Assembly (NCBI GenBank): GCA_902492005.1
Contig: CABUJV010000003.1
Span: 1,746-65,745 of the forward strand
Direction of reading: 5' to 3'
DNA from: an uncultured Eubacteriales bacterium
GTDB lineage: Bacteria > Bacillota > Clostridia > Oscillospirales > Oscillospiraceae
DNA length: 64,000 nt
Part shown: one piece after another, positions 1 to 6,925 of the stretch
How the letters are laid out: the number at the start of each line of letters is the position of its first letter
Position numbering within the stretch: the stretch's first letter is position 1
The notes under the pieces: generated by a model
Told to the model about the DNA's origin: nothing
Databases searched by the model: none
Seen by the model: the letters and a program-made list of their open reading frames with translations, nothing else
Program-made: the position numbers and the translations under genes

Positions 1-2
1 CT

Positions 3-656
3 GTCGCCTACCCGCACTTCAACGTCAAGGTCTGCGCCACCCACGCGGGCGTCAGCGTCGGCGAGGACGGCGGCAGCCACCAGTGCATCGAGGATCTCGC
101 GCTCATGCGCGCCATCCCCGGCATGACGGTCATCTGCCCTGCGGACGCGAACGAGGCCAAGGCCGCCACCATGGCGATCGCCGAGATGAACGGCCCGGTC
201 TATATGCGCCTTGCGCGCCTCGCCACCCCCATTTTCGAGGGCGACATGGTCAAGCCCTTTGTCATCGGCAAGGCCAACGTCCTGCGTGAGGGTAAGGATG
301 TTGCGATCTTCGCGACCGGTCTTATGGTCAACGAATCCCTGATGGCTGCCGAAGCGCTCGCGAGCGAGGGCATCGACGCCGCCGTCATCAACATCCACAC
401 CATCAAGCCCATCGACGCTGCGTGCGTCACCGAATGGGCTGAAAAGTGCGGCAAGGTCATCACCGTCGAGGAGCACAGCGTCATCGGCGGTCTGGGCGAC
501 GCCGTGGCCGACGTCCTGATGGGCAAGGTCAACTGCAAGTTCCACAAGATCGGCGTGAACGACCGCTTCGGCCAGTCTGGCAAGGCGGCGGACGTGCTGC
601 GCGAATACGGCCTGACGGCCGATCAGATCGCCGAGACCGTCAAGGCGAACATCTGA
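3..656 (+). CDS. Transketolase C-terminal subunit (5'-truncated by window edge)
   Basis: Open frame from position 3; motifs THAGVSVGEDGGSHQ, TIKPID, EEHSVIGGLG. Confidence 0.9.
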   Translation, partial: VAYPHFNVKVCATHAGVSVGEDGGSHQCIEDLALMRAIPGMTVICPADANEAKAATMAIAEMNGPVYMRLARLATPIFEGDMVKPFVIGKANVLREGKDVAIFATGLMVNESLMAAEALASEGIDAAVINIHTIKPIDAACVTEWAEKCGKVITVEEHSVIGGLGDAVADVLMGKVNCKFHKIGVNDRFGQSGKAADVLREYGLTADQIAETVKANI

Positions 657-1321
657 TGAACACCGCGCCCGAGTGCATCGACATGACGGAATCGCTGCGC
701 CGCGGCGCAGGCCTGCTTTATAACGGAGATGAAGGCTCTCTCGTCCTCAGCACGGACGGAACGTTTCTGCTGAGCGACATACAGGACGGCGCGCTTCTGT
801 GCGAAAAGATTCGCACGCTTTGCCCTGCCGCTCCCAAGCTGTTCACCGTCAAAAGTGACGATGCCGCAGCAGCGCTGATGCGGGAATTCTCCCTGCACGA
901 TTCCATGCGCTGCACGCAGTGGGTCTATGAAAAGGGCGAGCCGCCCTGCCCCGTCACGGCGGACATCCGCCCGCTGACGCAGGAGCACGCGGCGCTGGCC
1001 GCGTCCGTCTATCACGACGGCGACGGTGCGTACATCCGCGACCGCATCGAACACGGCGCACTCTTCGGCGTATTTGAGAGCGATGCCCTCGCAGGCTTCG
1101 CCGGTTTTCATGACGACGGCAGCATGGGCATGCTCGAAATTCTACCGCCGTTCCGCCGCCGCGGGTATGCCGCGCAGCTGGAAGCATTTCTGATCGCCGC
1201 GGCGCTGAAGGAGGGCCGCACGCCCTACTGCCACGTGGTCGACGGAAACGAAGCGTCGCTGCATTTGCAGCGGAAAATGGGCCTCACCTGCACCCGCCTT
1301 CCCGCGATCTGGGTCAATTAA
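656..1321 (+). CDS. GNAT family N-acetyltransferase
   Basis: ATG overlaps upstream stop (TGATG); acetyl-CoA motif FRRRGYA and NEASLHLQRKMG. Confidence 0.85.
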   Translation: MNTAPECIDMTESLRRGAGLLYNGDEGSLVLSTDGTFLLSDIQDGALLCEKIRTLCPAAPKLFTVKSDDAAAALMREFSLHDSMRCTQWVYEKGEPPCPVTADIRPLTQEHAALAASVYHDGDGAYIRDRIEHGALFGVFESDALAGFAGFHDDGSMGMLEILPPFRRRGYAAQLEAFLIAAALKEGRTPYCHVVDGNEASLHLQRKMGLTCTRLPAIWVN

Positions 1322-1472
1322 GCAAAGAAAGGAGACAAAGCGAATCGGTTTTGTCTCCTTTTTTCAAAAATATCGCAAATCCTCTTGCAAAATCAAATTT
1401 CTGTGTTACAATGTAATTAGTTCCAAACGTACCAAACATTTGAAATAACTTTTTATCAAAGGAGAAGATATT

Positions 1473-2411
1473 ATGCCGCTCGTAACATCTACTGAAATGT
1501 TCAAAAAAGCCTATGACGGCGGATACGCCATCGGCGCGTTCAACGTCAACAACATGGAGATCGTGCAGGGTATCACCGAGGCCTGCCAGGAAGAGCACGC
1601 GCCCGTGATCCTGCAGGTCAGCAAGGGCGCCCGCGCCTACGCGAACCACACCTACCTCGTCAAGCTCGTGGAAGCTGCTGTCGAGTGCTGCCCCGATATC
1701 CCCATCGTGCTGCACCTTGACCACGGCCCGGACTTCGAGACCTGCAAGTCCTGCATCGACGGCGGCTTCACCTCCGTCATGATCGACGCCTCCTCCAAGC
1801 CCTTTGCCGAAAACATTGAAATCACCAAAAAGGTGGTGGAATACGCCCACGACCACGGCGTGGTGGTAGAGGCAGAGCTGGGTACCCTGGCCGGCATCGA
1901 GGATGACGTGAAGGTCTCTGCTGAAGATTCCTCCTATACGCACCCTGAAGAGGTGGAGGAGTTCGTCACCAAGACCGGCTGCGACTCCCTGGCCATCGCC
2001 ATCGGCACCAGCCACGGCGCCTATAAGTTTAAGCCCGGCACCAAGCCCCAGCTCCGTTTCGATGTGTTGGAGGAGGTCTCCAAGCGCCTGCCCGGCTTCC
2101 CCATCGTGCTCCACGGCTCTTCCTCCGTGCCCCAGGAGTATGTGAAGATGATCAACGAGAATGGCGGCAATATGCCCGGCGCCATTGGCGTGCCGGAGGA
2201 CCAGCTCCGCCAGGCCGCCCGTATGTCCGTGTGCAAGATCAATATCGACTCCGACCTGCGCTTGGCCATGACCGGTACCATCCGTCAGTTCTTCAACGAG
2301 CACCCTGACAAATTTGATCCCCGCGAATACCTCAAGCCCGCCCGCGCCAACATCAAGGAGCTGGTGGCTCATAAGATCGTGGACGTTCTGGGCTGCGATC
2401 ACAAGGCTTAA
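1473..2411 (+). CDS. fba: Class II fructose-1,6-bisphosphate aldolase
   Basis: GAFNVNN, LHLDHG, GTSHGAYK, VLHGSS, KINIDSD; RBS AAAGGAG. Confidence 0.95.
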   Translation: MPLVTSTEMFKKAYDGGYAIGAFNVNNMEIVQGITEACQEEHAPVILQVSKGARAYANHTYLVKLVEAAVECCPDIPIVLHLDHGPDFETCKSCIDGGFTSVMIDASSKPFAENIEITKKVVEYAHDHGVVVEAELGTLAGIEDDVKVSAEDSSYTHPEEVEEFVTKTGCDSLAIAIGTSHGAYKFKPGTKPQLRFDVLEEVSKRLPGFPIVLHGSSSVPQEYVKMINENGGNMPGAIGVPEDQLRQAARMSVCKINIDSDLRLAMTGTIRQFFNEHPDKFDPREYLKPARANIKELVAHKIVDVLGCDHKA

Positions 2412-2420
2412 AATCCTCCA

Positions 2421-2462
2421 AAAAGCCGCCCCGGTGCAGAATGACACCGGGGCGGCTTTTTT
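2421..2462 (+). terminator. Rho-independent terminator after fba
   Basis: aaaagccgccccggtg..caccggggcggctttttt. Confidence 0.85.
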
Positions 2463-2562
2463 ACGTCCTGAGCAGCCGGTTTCGCTCCGTCTCAGGCATC
2501 GTCCGACGCAAGAGGGCGCTCAGCCGGGCCAAAGGCTCCGGAGCAGGAGAGGGGAGGCGGCG

Positions 2563-2709
2563 TCAGCTTTTCCCATGTATTGACCAGTTTGGGTTGAGGT
2601 ATCTAGGGGAAAGATAGGCGGTCCTTGGATAGGAAGGGAAGTAGGGGTTCACATTGCAGGTGAGGATACCCGCGGCTTCCAGGTATCCCTGCAGCGCCTC
2701 CGCGCTCAC
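2563..2709 (-). pseudogene. Short 48-aa ORF or gene remnant coupled to the HAD gene
   Basis: GTG overlaps the HAD stop (GTGA); MSAEALQGYLEAAGILTCNVNPYFPS.. followed by an early stop. Confidence 0.35.
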
Positions 2710-3368
2710 AGCAGGAGCCGGAGCAGCTCCTCCGGCGTGTCCGCGACGCTGCCGGCGCCCTGTTTCTGGAGGAATACCCGGTCTCGAAAGCCCCAGGCTA
2801 CGGACAGGCAGGGGAGATGGGCATTGCGTGCCGTCTGGAGATCGACCTCGGAATCGCCCACATAGACGGCCCGTGCGGGTTCCGCCTTCAGCTCTCGGAG
2901 CGCTTGTAACACCAAGTCCGGGGCCGGCTTTTTCCGCAGCCCCGGCCGTTCTCCGAGGGCCAGCGGCACCAGCGGCCCAAACGAATGACTGCACAGCGTC
3001 TTGACCGCGTCGTCAAATTTGTTGGATACCACCGCCAGACGAAACCCATCTGCCCGAAGCCGTTCCAGCAGAGCCGGGATGCCAGGGTAGGGCCCGGTCT
3101 TGTCCTGCATGTGGAGCCGGTAATGACCCTTAAACGTCTCCAGGCATCTTGCCTCCAACTCCGGCGAAACCTGCGCCGGTAAGGCCAGATGGATCAGCCG
3201 CGCCACGCCGTTTCCCACGAACTGCCGCACCTCCGCCAGGCTGCGGGTGGGAAAGCCGTTCTGACGCAGGGCGTAGTTGGTGCTGTCCGCCAGGTCCTCC
3301 AGTGTGTCGAGGAGGGTACCGTCCAAATCAAAGATCACGGTATCGAATCGTCTCATTTCTCTGTCCAT
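2706..3368 (-). CDS. HAD family hydrolase (phosphoglycolate phosphatase-like)
   Basis: FDLDGTLLDT, VVSNK, KKPAPD, YVGDSEVD; RBS GGGGAAGGA before ATG at 3368. Confidence 0.9.
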   Translation of the reverse strand: MDREMRRFDTVIFDLDGTLLDTLEDLADSTNYALRQNGFPTRSLAEVRQFVGNGVARLIHLALPAQVSPELEARCLETFKGHYRLHMQDKTGPYPGIPALLERLRADGFRLAVVSNKFDDAVKTLCSHSFGPLVPLALGERPGLRKKPAPDLVLQALRELKAEPARAVYVGDSEVDLQTARNAHLPCLSVAWGFRDRVFLQKQGAGSVADTPEELLRLLL

Positions 3369-3482
3369 TCCTTCCCCCGTACCCCCCTGAATAAGGGGCT
3401 CGGAACCTTCGAGCAAAATCATGTCCCCAAAGTGCTTTTGCCGCATAGGATAAAGCAGAACCTTAGAAAGGAGGGACTGCCC

Positions 3483-4028
3483 TTGGCGTTGCCCATCATT
3501 CCATACGACAGAAAAGCGGCCGTGCGCTATGCGCATCAGTGGGCCTTCCGCCGCAACCCCGCCTTTTACGATTACGAGGAACTAGGCGGCGACTGCACCA
3601 ATTTCGCCTCCCAGTGCCTCTATGCCGGCACCGGCGTCATGAATTTTACGCCCACTTACGGCTGGTACTACATTGACGCCAACAACAAAGCCCCCGCCTG
3701 GACCGGCGTGGTCTATTTTTATAATTTTATCACCCGCAAAGAGATCAGTCCAGGCCCCTTTGGCGTTGAGACCACTTTAGACCGCTTGGAGCCCGGCGAT
3801 TTCATCCAGTTCCGATTCAACAAAGAAGCCTTTGGCCACACACCGATCATTGTGGCCATGGGAGAACCTCCCACACTGGACAATACGCTGGTCGCCGCCC
3901 ACTCTTATGATGCCGACTGGCGGCCGGTCAGCAGTTACTTTTTTCAGGAAATCCGCTTCCTCCATATCCTGGGGGCCTATGCGCCCCAGCCCGAGCCGCA
4001 GATTCCGGGACCACGGCCACCCGCCTGA
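3483..4028 (+). CDS. Amidase_6 (putative amidase) domain protein
   Basis: YDRKAAVRYAHQW..GGDCTNFASQCL; RBS AAAGGAGG before TTG. Confidence 0.85.
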   Translation: MALPIIPYDRKAAVRYAHQWAFRRNPAFYDYEELGGDCTNFASQCLYAGTGVMNFTPTYGWYYIDANNKAPAWTGVVYFYNFITRKEISPGPFGVETTLDRLEPGDFIQFRFNKEAFGHTPIIVAMGEPPTLDNTLVAAHSYDADWRPVSSYFFQEIRFLHILGAYAPQPEPQIPGPRPPA

Positions 4029-4050
4029 GGGGTGGCCGTGGTCCCTTTTT
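4007..4050 (+). terminator. Hairpin terminator between convergent amidase and recombinase genes
   Basis: gggaccacggccaccc..gggtggccgtggtccc followed by a T run. Confidence 0.8.
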
Positions 4051-5059
4051 ACGACGGTTTTGCAGGCTTCTTTTTGACCGTTCCCAGCGGGTTGGCCCGG
4101 GCTGCAAGACGCAAATCGTCACTGTCCACATGGGTGTAGATCTGGGTGGTATTCAGGTGCTCATGGCCCAGTAACTCCTGAAGAGTCCGCACATCCACGC
4201 CGTTTTGGAGCATCAGCGTGGCGGCCGTATGGCGCAGCTTGTGGCTGGAATACTGGCTGCTGTCCAGCCCCGCCTTTTTCAGCCGCTGTTTCACCATGTA
4301 GTGAACTGCGTCCGTAGTCATGCGGGTATGCTTGCGGGTCAGGAACAGGGCGTTCTTATCTGCTGCGGCCATATGGCTGCGGACCGCCAGCCAGTCTTCG
4401 ATGGCCCTCTGACATGCGTCGTTCAGATAGAGGATTCGCTCTTTATTGCCTTTTCCCAACACCCTGAGCTGTTCTCCTCGAACATCTGTTAGATTCAGCC
4501 CAACTAACTCCGAGATCCGAAGCCCACAGTTTAGAAAGAGGGTCAAAATGCAGTAGTCCCGTTCTTTGTTTGATCCATCTACGCTTTCCAGAAGTTGGAT
4601 GCTCTCATGGAAATCCAGATAGCGCGGAAGAGTTTTTTTCAGTCTGGGAGAGTCCAAATCCTGCATAGGATTTTCCGCGATTAGTTTTGCCTTGTTGGTG
4701 AGATACTTATAAAACGAGCGGATGGCGGCAATCTTTCGGGCACGGGCGGCCGGGGCAAGCCCATAGCCAGCGCACGGGCTGTTGGCGTGCCTGGCGCGGT
4801 CACGGCTGAGGTAGTTCATGTAGGAGTAAACATCGGTCAAGGTCACCGAGCGGACCAAATCCAGATCCACATCATCAATCGCGATCTCATCCAGTTCCGC
4901 AGACCGAGGTGCTTTTCCTTTTTCCATTTTCATAAATCGGAAGAAATTCCGCAGATCCAGGTAATACTCATCGGCTGTTTTTCTGGAGTGACCCTGGATC
5001 GTCTCGTGATAGACCAAAAAATCCCGAATGATGGCAGGCGCTTCGGTACGATAGTCCAT
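4049..5059 (-). CDS. Tyrosine recombinase, XerC/XerS-like
   Basis: Catalytic set GLRISEL, GKGNKER, HKLRHT, LLGH, TQIYTH; N-terminal SAM-like domain. Confidence 0.92.
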   Translation of the reverse strand: MDYRTEAPAIIRDFLVYHETIQGHSRKTADEYYLDLRNFFRFMKMEKGKAPRSAELDEIAIDDVDLDLVRSVTLTDVYSYMNYLSRDRARHANSPCAGYGLAPAARARKIAAIRSFYKYLTNKAKLIAENPMQDLDSPRLKKTLPRYLDFHESIQLLESVDGSNKERDYCILTLFLNCGLRISELVGLNLTDVRGEQLRVLGKGNKERILYLNDACQRAIEDWLAVRSHMAAADKNALFLTRKHTRMTTDAVHYMVKQRLKKAGLDSSQYSSHKLRHTAATLMLQNGVDVRTLQELLGHEHLNTTQIYTHVDSDDLRLAARANPLGTVKKKPAKPS

Positions 5060-5079
5060 GTTAGACTGTAACCCCCCTC

Positions 5080-5113
5080 TATACTCAACAAAATTTTTAT
5101 TTTGTTGAGTATA
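5080..5113. other. dif-like palindromic recombinase site A
   Basis: tat-ACTCAACAAAA-ttttta-TTTTGTTGAGT-ata: inverted 11-bp arms with a 6-bp spacer, just upstream of the recombinase RBS. Confidence 0.65.
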
Positions 5114-5166
5114 TCATCTAGGTAAAGAGAACCGCCCTTCCAGGCGTTCCAAGGATTCTAAGGCCC

Positions 5167-5195
5167 ATTATAACACCAAAAACAGCCCAACTCAA
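5167..5195 (-). promoter_or_regulatory. SigA-type promoter of the recombinase gene, overlapping arm B
   Basis: Minus strand TTGAGT-17 bp-TATAAT with extended TG. Confidence 0.65.
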
Positions 5196-5217
5196 CAAAA
5201 CATAATTTTAGGTCTCA
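5190..5217. other. dif-like site B (one exact arm); probable left junction of the insert
   Basis: ACTCAACAAAA-cataat-tttaggtctca; the Rep stop codon falls inside it. Confidence 0.5.
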
Positions 5218-5570
5218 CACATTACATACGTTCCATAAGGTGTCTCGCTCACCTTCTGAAACCGAGCCGAATTATAAATCTCTCCGTATTTTTCCGAGCT
5301 CATGACTATAAATTCCTCCGTGGGCTTCTGTAATCCCCGACTAGCCCAGTAGCGCTTACGCCCTTTAGGAACCGTTATTTCCTTCGTCAGATATTTTGCT
5401 ATGTATGTAGAAACCCGTTTCGAGTCCTTAATTCTAGTAGCTGTAGTAAAGCCATATTTGTAATTATTCAGATTATATACCCCGTCTTTATGGTGCGTCA
5501 CATCAAGAGCCCCGGATACCAAGCCATGAAAATGAAATGCGCCGTCTTTATGTTGCTCAGGCACAATCAA
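5208..5570 (-). pseudogene. Rolling-circle replication initiator (HUH endonuclease), N-terminally truncated
   Basis: Motif 2 PEQHKDGAFHFHGLV and motif 3 YIAKYLTK present; motif 1 region and a clear RBS are missing. Confidence 0.8.
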
Positions 5571-5634
5571 CCATTTGTTTCCATAGTATAATAAATTTAC
5601 TGCTTCCCCTATTCGTCCTAGGGCGTTGTAGTGC

Positions 5635-5684
5635 TGACAGACTGTTTCTCGCCTGACCGCTGGAACAGTCTGTCACTTTATTTT
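5635..5684 (+). terminator. Hairpin between the RHH gene and rep (candidate antisense RNA terminator or attenuator)
   Basis: tgacagactgtt (5635-5646) / aacagtctgtca (5664-5675), then ctttatttt. Confidence 0.55.
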
Positions 5685-5848
5685 CCGTCTAAGAAAGAAA
5701 GAATTGCCTCACGAATAACAGACGCACGAGTTTGACCGACCTTTTGACAATAGTCATCCAACCTTTTGCCTATAACATCATCAAGTCGAATACTAAACCG
5801 TTGCCGTTGAGGATTTTCTACTTTCGGACGGCCTGTTTTAGGTGACAA
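5678..5848 (-). CDS. CopG-like ribbon-helix-helix repressor, 56 aa (absent from ORF track)
   Basis: TTG start, RBS GAAAGGGGG; MSPKTGRPKVENPQRQRFSIRLDDVIGKRLDDYCQKVGQTRASVIREAILSFLDGK. Confidence 0.85.
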   Translation of the reverse strand: MSPKTGRPKVENPQRQRFSIRLDDVIGKRLDDYCQKVGQTRASVIREAILSFLDGK

Positions 5849-5864
5849 CTAAATACCCCCTTTC

Positions 5865-5905
5865 TGTCACGCATTTAGTATACTATATGTCACGCATTAA
5901 GTCAA
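5865..5905 (-). promoter_or_regulatory. SigA promoter with a direct-repeat operator for the RHH gene
   Basis: Minus strand TTGACT-17-TATACT; TGTCACGCATT at 5865-5875 and 5888-5898. Confidence 0.75.
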
Positions 5906-5917
5906 GCATTTCTTTAT

Positions 5918-6223
5918 GGCTCGCCCTTCGGGCTCGTTCCCCCCTGCGTCAGGACGCAGGCACGGCAAAAGCCGCCAGCCGGGGCCGGGGGCCCCTGATG
6001 GGGAGAGAGGGCGGCTCTATAGCCCTCTATGGCCTGTCAGCCTCTACGGGCCGCCAGAGAGCGGACAGGATGCCAGCTGCCGCCTCTGGCGGCTCTGGCA
6101 TATCCTCTCACGGCCCCAGCGCCGCCACAGTGCCCCGCAAAAGGAAGATGGCTAGAGAGCCGCCACCATGGGCCCCACAGAGCAAAATGAAAGAGAGAGT
6201 GCGGCGGGAGCACCCTCTCTTTC
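5918..6223. other. GC-rich multi-hairpin region, candidate single-strand origin
   Basis: Stems at 6006-6012/6022-6028, 6050-6059/6084-6093, 6189-6202/6210-6223. Confidence 0.4.
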
Positions 6224-6243
6224 TCTATGTCAATATTCAGTTG

Positions 6244-6549
6244 TCACTTGGCTTCCTTGAGTTCCCGAAGCTGGCGAGAATGGAGCTTCAACAACGTATG
6301 GTGCATTTCTAGCGTTTCTTCCATCCGCTCTATCTTCTCCATCGTAGGCTCCAACTGCTCCCGGATACCCTTCAATTCCTCTGCCAGCAGGTCAAACTTA
6401 GGCTTAAACTCTGCATCCATGAGAACCGCTACATCATGCATCAATTCTCTACGTTGCGCCGCCAGCTTTTCATCCATCAAACTAGAAAGCTCTAACTTTT
6501 GAGCTTCCATCATTTGGCCCATTGCCTGCAATAGCTCTTGGTCCGTCAT
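6244..6549 (-). CDS. Hypothetical coiled-coil protein, 101 aa (element cargo)
   Basis: RBS AGGGG; helical E/K/L/M-rich sequence; downstream hairpin. Confidence 0.75.
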   Translation of the reverse strand: MTDQELLQAMGQMMEAQKLELSSLMDEKLAAQRRELMHDVAVLMDAEFKPKFDLLAEELKGIREQLEPTMEKIERMEETLEMHHTLLKLHSRQLRELKEAK

Positions 6550-6619
6550 AGGTTCGTCCCCCTATCCGTTTTCTTTACTCTATCCGATTTTCAAACCTTT
6601 TGCAAGCCCTTTTTCAGAG

Positions 6620-6648
6620 GTATACGACCCTTCCTTTCTGGGTAATCT
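6620..6648 (+). promoter_or_regulatory. Possible SigF/SigG-type promoter for the Cys-rich ORF
   Basis: GTATA-15 bp-GGGTAATCT. Confidence 0.4.
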
Positions 6649-6651
6649 GAA

Positions 6652-6679
6652 TACCGGAATAGTTTTTATTTTGTTGAGT
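6652..6679. other. dif-like site C
   Basis: taccggaatag-ttttta-TTTTGTTGAGT; 6663-6679 is an exact 17-bp direct repeat of 5094-5110. Confidence 0.6.
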
Positions 6680-6727
6680 TCGTTCCCAAGGCTATTTTGC
6701 CTCCCTGCTGATTGGAGTGGATCTTAT

Positions 6728-6925
6728 ATGAGCCTCATTGCCTGCACCAGTGCGTGCGTATACCAACGGGACGGATATTGCTCACTGGCGCGTGCCGACT
6801 CCGCTGGACTGCCCTGCGACCATGACCCGTGCGTCAACTTTCTGCCCAGGCCCGCCGCGGATTCCCAGCCGCTACAGCACCGCACTGAGCGCCTCCCGAA
6901 TATTGCGGACCCGGATGAGCTGTAG
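6728..6925 (+). CDS. Small Cys-rich protein (DUF1540-like pattern)
   Basis: RBS GGAGTGG; MSLIACTSACVYQRDGYCSL..CDHDPCVNF. Confidence 0.65.
   Translation: MSLIACTSACVYQRDGYCSLARADSAGLPCDHDPCVNFLPRPAADSQPLQHRTERLPNIADPDEL

Larger units (their letters stand above)
5201..6668. mobile_element. Remnant of an integrated rolling-circle plasmid or ssDNA phage-like element (candidate IMEX); boundaries uncertain
   Basis: Mostly AT-rich; Rep fragment, RHH repressor, hairpin cluster, no integrase, flanked by dif-like arms. Confidence 0.7.

Noticed and set aside
4049..5059. Recombinase as a prophage or ICE integrase
   Set aside because: Xer-like size, host-like composition, no arm-binding extension and no phage or conjugation genes nearby; judged less likely, not excluded.
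5842..6312. Plus-strand ORFs of 156 and 79 aa inside the island
   Set aside because: They cross a promoter and hairpins, lack an RBS and have low-information composition.
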